A program made the translations under genes and the position numbers. Shown here piece by piece: positions 36,273 to 49,692 of a stretch of DNA of 64,000 nucleotides; the first letter of the stretch is position 1; each line of letters opens with the position of its first letter. Source of the DNA: Takakia lepidozioides. Its lineage: Eukaryota > Plantae > Bryophyta. Location: positions 6,510,001-6,574,000 of the forward strand of contig CM060732.1 of NCBI GenBank assembly GCA_030704615.1. Direction: 5' to 3'. A model generated the notes under the pieces. The model had not been told where the DNA came from, ran no database searches, and saw only the letters and a program-made list of their open reading frames with translations.

Positions 36273-37794
36273 CTAAACAAGTAATCAGCTCCACCAAACA
36301 CCTTCGTCAACACACACTCAAAATTTCTCGCATGAGCTACATTCATTGGGGGAAAATGGTGCCTAAGAACGACTGTACAACGACTCCACTGTCCAGATGA
36401 CAAGAAATCTGCATTCGTAGTAGGCAGATTCTCTGCTCAATACAGAAGAAACTAGACCAGTAAAACAATACACTAGTGGCAAATGTTCTCATAGCAATCA
36501 TGAAACATAGAGTATGCGACTCAGAATCTATCGTCTCATTATTTTCAATACATGCTACAGTCTACTTATCTCCTAGCAGTGATATGTCATGGACAAGAGA
36601 AAACTCCATTCGAAGCCGCCGTACTAACTACGAGCACTTCACCTTTGCGCTACTCCCCCTTTCTCATGGACGATCAATCGTCCTCCATAGGGACGCTGAG
36701 AGAAATTTGCCACAGGAACTGTGGTTAAGTACCTTGAAGCGAGTTGCCCTTCGCGCAGACGTCCCAGAGGGTCGGGAGACGCTCTCGCCACCTCCGTTAT
36801 GCTGGAAAACTGCCCATGCTGCTGCCTTACCGGTCTCCCCTTTTCCAGAGTCATCCCTTGGCCCTTTTCTATACTGCATCTCGCTATGTAGCTACGTCTG
36901 TGACCACACACGCTGAGCTCGACTTTGACAGGGTCCCTACAGTCTCCGCTTGGTAAAGTGATTCAGTATCAACTCCTTCTGTCGAGGCTGTTCTGTGAGA
37001 GTACAACCATTTGAAGTTTTAACACTCTACGACGATCGGCCTGCTTCAAGTGTCATCAAAGGGATAGCTAAGTAAACACCCTGGCCCAACAGTCAGCAGA
37101 AACGCAGGTCCAGCAATCCCAGCTGTGGACAGCCGTAATGTCATTGAAGCCTTGAGAACAGCGAGCAGACATCTAACCCTTGGAAACACCCAGAACTACA
37201 TATTCCTCCGGAGAGAACTGCGAATCTAATGTTGAATCGGTGTCCAAAACGACAATAATAGTCTTCATCCAGAGTCTCACCGATTTCTTTATACTCAAAA
37301 TAGATTTAAGACTCCTACTGCCGATAGAGTGATCGTCAAGATCATATTTATTGCTCGGTCGACAAGCACCTTGGACTGGAGCTGAGACTACATGAGCCAC
37401 AAACTATCCAAAAATCCACGTTGAGGGAAGTTACGACTTCCGCTTTCAGCTGCTTCTCTCCCACAGCGGCTGAAATATGAAGGCTCTCAACACGCCGATC
37501 GTTCAAAATGGGCACCAGAAACAAGGAAACAAAATCTAAAAGTCTAAAGCTAATTTTCCTAAGCTCTCCAACAACGGCAAAGAATCGGACCCTCGACACC
37601 GCTGCAAAACCTGCCTGCTTGCCAAAACCGATCGATTGAAAGACATAGGCCCACCCTGCAGCTACAACACAGCTCTAACTATGAAGAAGCTCTCAACCCA
37701 GCACAAAGGGAATCAAGGCGCTCAGTCCTCCGATCTCGGGTGACGCCCACCCACACAGCACACCATAGAATTGCCGAGGCCATCGGAATCTCCT

Positions 37795-37796
<2 letters not shown>

Positions 37797-37824
<28 letters not shown>
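37797..37824. repeat. (CT)n/(GA)n microsatellite
   Basis: About 14 TC units. Confidence 0.95.
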
Positions 37825-37827
<3 letters not shown>

Positions 37828-37987
37828 TACACGGCATGCAACGCGGCCCCCGTGAGGGAGACGAAGTTAAGCAAAAAGAAACTATAATAAATCAATTATT
37901 CGTCTATTATTGGAGCTAACTTGATCTTAAGAAAAAAAAAAAAAAAAAAAAAAGTCCCCTTTTTTGTGTTTTTTTTTTTTTTGGTTT

Positions 37988-38160
37988 TGTGTCACCCTGG
38001 TGGTTCAGGGTTCGAACCCGCTGCCCTGCACGGTGTGTGGATTGTTTGTGGCCGGGTGGTTTGATGGTGATGTTTCCCTCCTGAAAGGGGGTTAATTTTT
38101 CCCCCTCCTCAAGGGCCTGAATTGTGAGCAGTCACTCCCAGGTTTCCTTTAAAAAATAAA
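37988..38160 (+). mobile_element. tRNA-derived SINE (family 2), 5'-truncated copy
   Basis: B-box GGTTCGAACCC; body is the reverse complement of 38165-38336; A-rich tail. Confidence 0.7.
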
Positions 38161-38365
38161 TAAAAACCTAGGAGCGACAGCCCACAATTCAGGCCCTTGA
38201 GGAGGGCGAAAATTTAACCCCCTTTCATTTATGGCCCATGAGACCTACAGGACAAATAATGCCCATGATCATACACACATAATCCACACAAGGCAGGCCA
38301 GCGGGGTTCGAACCCGGAATCACCAAGGTGATACACTGTGCACTTACCAGCTGAGTCTACCAGCC
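38161..38365 (-). mobile_element. tRNA-derived SINE (family 2), full head
   Basis: Minus strand GGCTGGTAGACTCAGCTGGTAAG (A-box-like) ... GGGTTCGAACCCCGCTGGCC (B-box plus acceptor-stem-like end). Confidence 0.78.
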
Positions 38366-38649
38366 GATGTTTTTATACATCAAAAAATAGGTGTTTTTCA
38401 TTAGTCCATAGCATATTGTCTTTTGGGTCTTTGGGATATCATCTTTTACTGATAAATGAGGGTGGGAGTCATTCTTCCCATTTGACTCTGGTATCCGAAA
38501 TTCTCCTGCAGAACCCCACCTTTTCCCCAAGAATTGTCGAAGGAAGAGATGAGTTGGGCTCTCCTCCTGATTCCACACTTTGGAAGAGCTGTAAGAATGG
38601 TCAACCAACATTTACGAACTCCAGACATCAGGTCAGAGTGAGCCATGTG

Positions 38650-40504
38650 TAAAGCCTTCTATAAACATGGCATAGAATTTTGAAAAACCACTGAGCACCT
38701 CATATTCCAAATCTGCCACAATATAGCACTCCATTCCCAAACTGGGCATGAGCAGAACTTTATGCCATCTTTAATATTCAAAAGAACAGCAGAGGCAAAG
38801 TAGGAAAGATTGGAATTCCAATGAGAGTAAAGGGAGAAGGCCCTGGACCAAACAGCTGCAGCAAAAGGACATAATACCAAGCAATGTTCATTGATTGAGG
38901 TTACACACTGCGCAATTGGAAGGAGGACCTGAAATAGAAGCACCAAAAGGCACGGTTCTATTCGCAATCTTCCAAAGAAAAGTGGACATTTTCGCTGGTC
39001 TGTGTTTTTTCCAGATGTCATTCCACGCCTGATTCCAGTAGATGTTCCGCTCTGTAGTGTGATCCCATTTTTTTTTACATTTTCTATGAAAGGATTGTTT
39101 GGGCATCAGCAAGGAGTACCCAAGCTTAACAGAGTAAGCAAAGAAGTGGTCGTGATGCTTGTTCACCCAAGACCACTCACCTGGATCAAACTGCAACACC
39201 CTAACCTGGGCAAAAAGGAACCACGGGAAGAATCCATTGTAATGCTGCAGCTCCTCCGGGGGTATAAGGCTGGATTTACCGGAACACGAGCAAAAGACTC
39301 TGATGTCATAGAGAGAGGTACTGGCAGGTAGCAACTGATACACAAGGTTGAACAAAAGGCCATCTCACTGAAAGCTTATTCCAGAAAATGAATCGGACCT
39401 TCTAGTGGTTGCATAAAAAGCTTTGTTCACAAACCCACAGAGTAGCCAAGCCACCTGGGAAGGGAAAATTGCCCTGTTGAGATAATAGATCAGTCCAATA
39501 AAAAGGAAGCTCCCCCATAACAACATTCCAACCACTGTTTATTCTCCTCAGGGAAAAATTAGTAGCATCAGTAGTGGGGGAGATGAATGAAGCTGATTCC
39601 AAGTTCCAGAATTGTAACAAATGAGACAGCCTTGCAGCCTCCCAGTGTGCCCATTGGTTGGAGCAAGGAATGAGGACTTCGGAATCCCGAGTGTAATTAG
39701 CAAATAAGGGTTGTCTCAAGACCTCATCAAAAGAGGAGGTTTTGGTTTGATACAAGTAGCCTCTCATTTTGCACCAAGCTGTCCAACAAATTGCTAGGCT
39801 TTAGAGCCAATCCCAGGGTTTGAGTTAGACCTGCCTCCTTGCACCATCCATTTCAGCGATGTAGGCCAGAGAGGGCTGGACTTAGGGATAGCTTCAGTGA
39901 GATGAACTCTGACCAGACGGCTCCAAGGGCTTGACATGTGGGTGAAGATCCTTGGAACCCACTTTGCAAGCAAGGCAGAAATCTGCGATTCGGGGTCAAT
40001 AATCCCGAGGCCACCATACTTCTTTTTTTGGCAAAGTTGAGCCCAACTTACTAATGCCCTCTTATTGGAGGAGACCGAAGTAGCACCCCAAAAGAAGTTC
40101 CTCACCATAGATTTAATCTTTTTGATGATTGAAGAACCAGGTGATCACACCGAAGCAATGAACCATGTAGAGGCGAGAAGAATTGATTGGCAACCAGTGC
40201 TCTTCCCACGATAAAAAGATGTAAGGAGCTCCAGTAAGCTAACTATTTTTTCAGCCTAGAGAGAACCGCATCAAACTTGAGCTCATCACTTAGATTGTGC
40301 CCAATCTGATGACCCAGTAGCACATGGGCCTGACCAACATCCAGCCAGTCTGAGCCCCATGACTCGTAATGTCTAGTTGCACTGGAATCATGAAGTTGAC
40401 TGAGTAAACCTATAGACTTATTCCAATTAATATCCAGGCCAGAGGCAGCACAGAAATGAGAGAGCGAGCTTAGAGTAGCTTTCACGTTCTCGGAAAAGCT
40501 GTTG
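38650..40504 (-). mobile_element. L1-clade LINE ORF2 3' part, cut at 40504 by Gypsy copy 2
   Basis: FCAASGLDINWNKS, RNFFWG...LVSWAQLCQKKKYGGLGI and a zf-RVT-like segment (WNDIWKK...FLWK...CAVC) across ORFs 40243-40500, 39794-40108, 39402-39767, 38888-39355 and 38659-39021. Confidence 0.9.
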
Positions 40505-43500
40505 TGTTGCGGCCCTTTGCCTTGAAGGCGGGGGGTCGGGACACAAGAGGGACTGCCCCCCTGTGGTGGGGGCAGCGGCAGCAAATAGGGATGGGGGCTA
40601 AAGCACCCTTGAGTGCCGAAGGCATTCAAGAAGGCGGAGGCGCTCACTAGGTGGAGCCCTGCAAACCAGGTGGCGGTGGGGGGACTCCACGTGGGGTGGT
40701 GGTAGCTTAGGGAGTAGTAACCCCGAGAACGGTGTAAGCCCGTTAGTGACCAAAAGCTAGAGGACAAGCGTGCGAGCTGGAAAGCGACCAAGGTGTGGGG
40801 AGCTACTCTGGACTGCCAACAACCAAAGGGAATTTCCACTAGGCCCAGTTAGTTCGAGGGTCTTGTGGAGGAGCAAAGGGGGACCGTTATGCCCCGGTGA
40901 GCAGCCGAAGCTCCGAGTTGGCCCAGCGGCCAGTTGGGAGTTAGGCTCGCGCATCAAAACGAGTAACTATGACTTAAGGGGGAGTTATCAAAGTGGGATG
41001 CGCAACACTTGGTATCAGAGCCTAGAGTTCAGTACGCGATCGTCCTTGAGATTGGCCTCACCATGGGTCCGGCGAGACCAAGCAAAAGCGGAACGGCCCG
41101 AAAGCCGATGATCCTAGTGAGCTCGGTGAGGGCGACGCGTCACTGGCGCGACAACTGGACGAGACGATTTATGCTTTTGAAAACGAGGCCGCTTGAGAGC
41201 AGGAGGAATCTGAGGAGTCGGAGCCCGAGGACTTTCCAAAGGCTCCACCAGACCAACAGATGCCTCCAATGCCAGCAGCTTTTTGGGAAGGGCTTTTGGT
41301 GCAGTTTGGTGGGACACTTAAGGACGTGATGAAAGCGGCCAATGCCACTTCCACTAAGGCGAAATTTAGGGTGAAGCCTAAGAAACTCGACACCTTCAAG
41401 GGCATCCAAAATTGGAGGCACTCAATACCTGGCTCCTGGAGCTAGAGCAGTACTTCCGGGCGGCCAAATTGAGTGATGAGGATCGGGTGGAAGTGACACC
41501 TACCTACTTGAGGGGCTATGTTCAACAATGGTGGCAAAAACGCCTTCAGGACCAAGGGCCAAACCGAGAGACCTTGAGCTGGAATGGGTTCAAGAAAAAA
41601 CAGTTTGTGCCTCTCAACGCTTTCTGGCTCGCCCGGGACAAGATGAGGAAGTTGAAACAAATAGATGATATTCGGGGATATGTTCAGGCTTTCAATGTGC
41701 TATTGCTCGAAGTCACTGACATGGCGGAACCAGAAATGGTCTTCAACTTTGCGGCGGGATTGGCCCCTTGGGCCAGGCGGAAGTTGGAGGAGAGGCCACC
41801 AAAGACTTTGAACGAGGCAATTGAAAGGGATGAATGCTTCTCGGATGTCCGTAGGGGCGAAAGACAGGGCCGTACGGAGCTGAACCACAAGAAGGTCCAA
41901 CGGGAGGGTGATTCTTTCCGATAAAGAAGTGGCCACGCGGCGACAATGACACATGGAAATCAAATGGAGGGCCTTTTCACGTCAAGGCGGCACCCGGTGC
42001 TCCAAAAGAAAAATCAGGTGTGGCGGCTTATAGCGGACAAAAGGCCACTTTTGATGGGGTGTGCTTTAATTGTGGGGAGCCCGGGCACATGGCCAAGAAG
42101 TGCCCAAAACCCCGACAGTTGAACATGACCCGGGCGACCACGGAGTTGTTCGAAGACTCCATCAGCCGCTTGGTAGAGGCGGTGGTCGCCAAGACTTGCA
42201 AGATAGGCAACTACACTTGTGAGTTATATCAGGAGGCGGTGGCTTTGCGTAAAGGAAGTCAGTTGATGGTCGTGAGCGGGGTAATTTCCGGAACTAACGT
42301 GTCGTTGTTAATGGACACTGGAGCATTGCACTCCTTCATAACACCGGCAACGGCACAGAAGCTGGGACTCCCGACAACTGACATGGGGGCCTTTATTGCA
42401 GTGCGTCCTACCAAAGAAGAGCCACAACTAGCGTCGAGATTAGCATTCGACGTCCCTCTTCAGCTAGGGAGTTGGGAGGGGCGTGAGAACTTCATTATTT
42501 GTGAGATTGATGGAATGGATCTCATTTTGGGGATGTCGTTTTTAAGCAAGTTTGGAGCGGTCATAGATGGCCGCAGGAGGTTTAGTCACGCTACCGTGTG
42601 AGAACAGTGACGAAGTTTTGAAGGTATCGGAAACGCCCAACCGAGTGGGAGGGCGAATAAACTTGCTGTCAGCGAAGGAACTTGGGCCGTGGAGGAACCA
42701 CACGAGCCCGAGTTTTTGCTTTAACTGAGGCAAGTAGGAGGAGAAGTCGATAGGGAGCCGAGCCCAGATTAGATCAAGGAAATCTTGGAGAAATACCAGC
42801 ATGTGATGCCGGAGGATTTACCGAGTGGTTTGCCACCACGAAGAGGGGTCGACCACAGGATAGAGAGGAATCTACCGGAAACGGAGCCGCCTGCCAAGGC
42901 GCCCGACCGGTTGAGCCATAGAGAGTTGATGGAGCTGAAAGAGCAGCTCAAGGACCTCATGGCAAAGGGATACATCCGGCCGAGTAAGTCATCTTGTGGA
43001 GCCCCGATACAATTCGCAGACAAGAAGGATGGGACACTGCGGATGTGTGCTGATTACAGGGCTCTAAACAAGGTAACTATAAAAACCGGTACCCTTTGCC
43101 AAGAATTGACGACCTCTTCGATCAGTTGGCAGGCGCGAAGTATTTCAGCCGGATCGATTTGCGCTCAGGTTACCACCAAATTCGGGTAGCGGAAGGAGAT
43201 GAAGAAAAGACGACGTGCAGGACAAGATATGGTTCGTACAAGTTCTTGGTGATGCCTTTTGGGTTCACCAACGCAATGAACAGCCTCTTCCAGGAGTGGT
43301 TAGATGACTTTGTGATCCATCGTCGATATCTTGGTGTACTCAAAAACAAAGGAATACCACCTGGAACACCTCAAAATGGTGTTCCAGAAATTGCAGGATG
43401 GGAAGCTCTATGCTAAGGCTTCAAAGTGCAAATTCGGGGTCACAAAAGCGGAGTTCATAGGGCATGTGATTACGGAAGATGGGATCAAGATGGATGATAG

Positions 43501-44106
43501 AAAGGTGAGGGCGATCTTGGACTGGGAACCTTTGACGTCGGTCCCGGGAGTGCGATCATTTCGAGACTGCCTCCTACTACCGAAAGTATGTGAGGAATTT
43601 TGCCAAGATTGTGGGGCCGCTGTCACCTCTTGTGTAACTCCAAGGTATGGGTGTGGAACACCTTTTGTGGCCAAGCTTTTGCCGAATTGAAGCAGCTGAT
43701 GGCGAAAGCTCCAGTTTTGAAGATCCCGGAGTTCGACCCTCCGTTTGAGATTCACACTGATGCGTCGGACTTCGCAATTGTGGGTGTGATGGCGTCCAGT
43801 GGCTTACGAAAGTACGAATCTGAACAAAGTGGAGCGGCGGTGGCATATGCACGAAAAGAAAATGAAGGCGGTGGTGCACTGCCTTGAGCTTCGGCGCCAC
43901 TATGTTGGTTCCAACCCGGTGAAGGTGTTCACGGACAATGTCACGGTGAAGTATTTTGCCACACAGCCTAAGTTGTCCCCAAACAAATTAGGTGGCAAGA
44001 CACTTTGGCATTGTTTGACGTGGATATTGTGGTGGCCGATGCTCTGAGTAGAAAGTAGCAGCTCATGTTGGTTTACAAAGGCGAGACGGAGCTGCAGAGG
44101 AAGATA
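40505..44106 (+). mobile_element. Gypsy copy 2, 5' half (LTR, PBS, gag, PR, RT, RH), broken by an inversion
   Basis: LTR 40505-41007 (TGTTGCG...CGCAACA); PBS TGGTATCAGAGC at 41010-41021; frameshifted gag-pol collinear with copy 1, stopping abruptly at ...LQRKI (44106). Confidence 0.95.
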
Positions 44107-44865
44107 TAGGCTGAGTAGCTGAAAACACTCTGTATCATTTTTTGGTTGTGTATGAAAAGAAAAGATCCGGTGACCTAGTGAACTTCCAAGACCATTCATG
44201 AGGGTCTAGTTCCAGCTCGGCCAGTGGTCTTCCTAGAATGCAAACAAACGAGTTCGCTAAGAGCTAGTCCTGCAAGGAGATGGTGAGGGGAGGAAGAGGG
44301 TTCATCGCTTTGTCAGGTGAGGTCCAACAACAAATTCTTACTGGGGTAATGGCAATAGCTTGAATGTACTGAGGTTGGGTTGAAGACAGGGAAATGAGCA
44401 GAGATGTCGTATTGATGGTAAAGGTAAAAACAGTGAGCTGTTGAGAGGTTGCATCTTTAACAAACAAAATGGAGAGCTCTCCATGAAGAATAGCAAGACC
44501 CCAAGAGTTGGAAGAAGGCATGGATGGACCTGCTACTGGGGTTGCGAGCCATTGAGTGGGGATAGATTGAACAAGGTTCTCATAGCCACGGAAGGCTCTG
44601 CCTTTGCCCACTGTTTGAGCTAATGAATCCACAGACTTAAGACTGTTGTTAGCCCAGATATTGAAGACTTGACTAATTCCTTGGGAGTCCCAGGAAGATT
44701 AGCGCTTGGCCTGGTTTTTCTGCTCAGAAGAAGGGCAATTGGTATTCAAGAAAAGGTGTTGTCTCTGGATTTCGAAATAGTTTGCTGGCTGAGACTTGGA
44801 AAGAAATTTGCGAAGTTTGCCCCATGCTAGCCAAATGTTTGGGGTATTCGCAGGATTGGGTGTCT

Positions 44866-45555
44866 CAGTTTTTGTATAATATGGCAGTTTCTACAGTGAC
44901 CTCCCTCCATGGTTTTACCCATATTTGTCCAACAACTCAATATTTCATCTAAATTTATATGGTATAGGGTTTCTAACTACATTAGGTATGTGTACCAATT
45001 GTTAGATTGCAAAAACAATCATGTACCAGAGAGCCATGGACTTTTAAAGTTGATTACTGTGGAGTGCAGATGTTACACATAAAATCTTATGGAATGAAAA
45101 AACATCATGTACACTCATACACTGGCACAAAGGAAAACACACTAGGGATACCCATTTTAAATCCAACCCAAATCCACTTTTATATGGACTAGTTATCTTA
45201 GGAATTGAGAGCTATGGACTATTTTGCACATTAAAATAGGTTGATTTGCTCTAGTCCATAGCATCTTATGTTTTGGGTTTTTGAGGTGTCGTCTTTTACT
45301 GAAAAGGCATACAAACCTATAATCTAGAGGTGCCAGGTGGTATATGGACAAGTGTTTGTAAACTCTAGATTTTGACGTCTAAATGTTTTTTCAAATTAAA
45401 GATTAAAATATCTAGTAAAGATTGTTTTCAATATTTGAGGAGGGACTCTTTACTAAAAATATTATATATACTACTATCTATCTTTAAAAAATTAACTGAA
45501 AGCAATAGACTCAACAAAAAAAACATTCCATGGACTTCTAGTGGACTCAACATGT
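44866..45555. mobile_element. AT-rich insertion in LINE ORF2 carrying repeated ATGGACT/AGTCCAT motifs; related to ~18285-18400 and ~38400-38455
   Basis: LINE coding similarity is interrupted here. TAGTCCATAGCAT...TTTTGGGT...TCTTTTACTGA is shared with 38402-38452. Ends are not resolved. Confidence 0.55.
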
Positions 45556-48500
45556 GCCGCTTTTGATCCACCCAATCCAAAGAGAAGAGCCAACTGTCTT
45601 GAGGTTACAACCATGAGTGATCCAACAGAGCGAGGATTTCCATGTGGCTTTTAAGGGGTGATGAGGCTGTGATGTGATCGTAGACCAAGAACTTCCACCA
45701 TCCCCCCTCTGGCCCTAGGAACCTGGGAATCCACTTGCCCAGAAGAGCAGTAATTTGTGTTTCTGGATCCAAAACACCAAGGCCACCTTTCTTCTTTGGA
45801 AGGCAAATTTGTATCCAGGCTACTAGAGGTCTTTTGTTCTGCGAGGGTTTATCTGCACCCCAAGTGAAATTTCTGGTTAAACGCTTGACCTCCTGGATTT
45901 GTTTAGAGTTAGGGCGCCCGATATGCCTGCTGAAAGGATCTGATTAGCTACAAGTGTTCTCCCAGTGATTGAAAGGTGTTTAGAGCCCCAATATGCCAAC
46001 TTTGGTTTGAGTTTGGTGAGGATGGGAGCAAATATTTGGTGATCAGTGAGGTTTAACCCCAAAGTGTATCCCAAAAGGGTGGTTGTTTCACCGGGTGCCA
46101 GCCAGTTAAGTCCTTGGGTTACCCCCCACACTGGAGGTGAGCCCAGAGTGGATGCTGAAAGGTCACCAACCAGCAGAGCTGCTGTTTTATGCCAATTGAC
46201 CTTGAAGCCTGATATGGAACAAAAGGTGTCCAAGGTTTGACCTGCTGCATCAAGATTTGCAGATGTTGCTTGCACATTAAAAATGTATCATCAACGAACA
46301 TAGAGTCCACCAAGTGAGTATACTGTCTAGTGATGTAGTTTGTGATACGTAGGCCTTTGATGAACTGGTTTTGCTGCAGCATATATCCCAGGGAATCTGC
46401 CACCACTAGAAAGAGAAAAGGGCCAGAGGGCACCCTTTGCGAACCGACCGCTGCAAAGGGAAGGAAGCTGACAAGTGACCATTGATAATGACACGACTGG
46501 ATGAGGTAGTTAGGAGAATCTTGACCCATTGACAAAAAGACTGGGGAAAGCCGATCTTAGCCAGTGATGCAAGAAGGTAAGACCACTCCTCTCTATCAAA
46601 TGCTTTTTTGAAGTTCAGAAGAAGAAGGGCAATGGCTTGATTTGACTTAGAAGCGTAACCAGAAATTTCTTGGGCAAGTAGAAGGTTATCTAAAATGTAT
46701 CTGCCTTTGATAAATCCTGTTTGATTCTGGCGAATGAGAGAAGGAAGGAGGGGTTGAAGCCTAAGCACAAGTGCTTTAGCTATGATCTTATAAGCTACAT
46801 TAAGGAGAGTGATAGGGCGGTAATTGGCAACGTTAGTTCTATCCCCCTTTTTATAAAGCAGTGTAATGACCCCTTGGGAAATGGCTGGGGGCATGAAACC
46901 CTGCAGGAACATATGATTGGCCATAGACGAGAAGTCATGAGAGATATCTGCCCAATATAGGGCTTTGTAAAACTCCACCGAAATGCCATCCATACCAGGG
47001 GTTTTATTGTTATGGAGTTTCTCCAGAGCATCCCCTAGCTCCAAATCAGGTAATTCTCCTTCCAACAAGAAAGCTTGATGTGGGGTAAGGATAGAGGGAG
47101 TATGGGCTAGACATGAATTCTGAAAAGGCGAGGGATCCAGTGAAGAGAGATCACTATGAAACAATTGTCTAAAATGTCTTGAAGATAAATTCGCCATGGC
47201 TTTTGGGGTTGAGGCAGAGATGCCCGAGGGTTGTTCAATGAGCTCAGAGATTGACTGAGAGGCTCGTCTAAGGCGGGATTTGTCAAAAAAAAAATTGGTC
47301 ATTTTTTCTCCCTTAGTAGACCAATTGATCCCTGCCTGTAGCTTCATCTTACGTTCCTGGAGCTTGTGGTGAATGTCAAGGTTAGAGCGAGCCTACATAT
47401 AAGTGCGGAAGGTATACTCATCACAACGAGTGGACTCCAATATGGACTGACAGACCTTGAGGCACTTGGTAAGGGCAGCCATTTTCTTTTTTTTGGTAAC
47501 CGGGTACCGCAAGAGATTGGCTCATTTTCTGACTTGCAACATTGACAGCCTTGAGTTTGGTCAAGAATCTATCAGTTGGGTTTTGGCTGACGTTCCCTGT
47601 TTGTGACCAGGCTTGAAGGAGGCCCCGTTTGAAAACGGGAAGTTTTAGCAGCTGGTTGTTTAACTTGTAAAGGCCTCTTCCACGACGTTGAGAGTCAGGG
47701 AAGCTGATTGGTAAGGGGACAGGGACATGATCAAACCCCAATGGTATCGGTTCCTGGGGTAATCTCTTGGAGCCCTGAATGAGGTGAAGGGAAACATAAG
47801 CCCTATCCAACCGTGCCATACTGAGATCTGAAAGAGAACGATTATTGGTCCAAGTAAAAGATATATTGGAAGTTTGACCAAATATTGGCGTAGCCTCAGT
47901 CAGGCTGTGGGTTTGGATACATGAGAACCAGTGATCCATTTCTTGAGGGTTAGGGTAGAAGGAGCCCGTCCCCCGTCTGTCTTCCAGTGATTCCACCATA
48001 TTAAAATCACCAGCTATAATCCAACTATCAATGGAGTCTTGATCACTCAACTTAGCATTAAGTGTAGACCAAAAGTCTATCATTTCAGCTGAAGTGTTCG
48101 GCGCATAGACATTGACCAGCCCAATAGTACCAGTGCTATTTGGAAGAGAGATGGAACAAAATTGCAACCTACCAGGAATCCAAATGGCTTCATTAGAGAT
48201 GAAGGGATGAAGGGACGGGGAAAGCAAGATGGCAGTGCCCCCCCCCCCCCGGGTGCCGACAGAAGTTGGCTTCCATAGAGTGATTACCAGGGGCCACATG
48301 TGGTCAGAGAGGTTATCTATCTTAGACTGGTCCAGTTTGTGTTCCTGCAGAAAAATAATAGCTTCCTTCTGGATAAGGGGGGAGAGGCATGATTTGATTT
48401 TAACTCTTTTGAGGGAGGCAGGGTCTACACCAAGCCCTCTGATGTTCCATGAGTGGAGCTCAAGTATCATCAGAAGGCTGAGTTAGGCTTGGATTGAGGA

Positions 48501-49188
48501 TCCCATTTTATGGCCTTTGAGTGTGAAACAAGAATTTGACTCTACGGTCTTGAGGGCGAAGCGAGTTAACCCAAACAAACTGATCCGGGGGCTTTTGGGT
48601 TTTTTTGCTGATCTGGATAAAGATACCTCTGTGGTTGTACAGGTCCGCAGAAGGAGGAAATGGTTGGAACTGATCAGCAGAGACACGAGAGATAGAAACC
48701 GATAGAATATTGAACCCTTTGGAGAAGAATTCTGTAGTTAACAAGGCTTGGAAACACGGATATCTCTCAAAGATAGATCCGTCCAATGGCAGGGTGCCCG
48801 AATGTAAGGGGAGGTTGGAAGCCACTGTCTTTTCTGTTTCCCTAACGGTCTCCCTTTCCACACAACATCCAACACCTTTAGGGTCTCAAACATGGAGAGG
48901 GAGAGGAGACCACTTGGTTTGGGGAGGTTTGAGAGGTGGGTGGAAGAACCAAGGATGAAGAATCTTCTTGGGCCATTGGCTGGGACGATTGAATCATCGT
49001 CGGAGGAGAGATGTGCATAGAGCCATTGTGTTAGCCAGGTCCTCCCTGAGACATCTAGCTTCAGATGAAGAGTCAACGTTGGCTTCTGAAGAGGCCGAGG
49101 AAGAGCTGTTAGGGATCTGCACGCCCTTGATGTAGTCACGGGTTCTTTGAAGTTCCATTCTATGATTGTCTTCTTCCAACTCTGAGTC

Positions 49189-49692
49189 TAGGAGGGGGCA
49201 GATAAGTCGTGAGCGTGAGCGTGAGCGGTGAGTAGCAGGCTTGGGTTAGGCTCGGGTCCAAGAATATTCCAAAAATATTCCGAGATATTTGTTGGAGTTT
49301 CCCATTAATACTAACAAAGAATATCCTAAATAATATCTGGATATACCAGGAATATCATATGAATATTCTAAGAATATGCCAAGCATATTATTATCCCAAG
49401 AATATAAGAATATACCAAGAAAACCTTTTCTGGCATTGAGTGTTTGGGTGCATGTTGAATTTTTTTGTGGCAAATGGACAGTTCTGCACGGAACTGTCAT
49501 ATGTTTTATTTCTGCGGATTCAACATTTTCTACATGATTTCGTAGTTCCGCGCGGAATTGCGAGGTTCGGGTTTTGCTTCTGGTTAGGTTCGGGTTAAGT
49601 TCAGGCGCAGAATTAAGGGAATATTCTCAAAAATTGAGTATTATTCCTCTTCTGCTCACACTGTTTTCTGCTCACGCTCACCGGAAACACTG
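49189..49692. mobile_element. hAT-type MITE in LINE ORF1
   Basis: Ends TAGG... and ...CACTG; inverted subterminal (GTGAGC)n / (GCTCAC)n; degenerate 8-bp TSD TCTGAGTC / CCTCAGTC (6/8). Confidence 0.6.
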
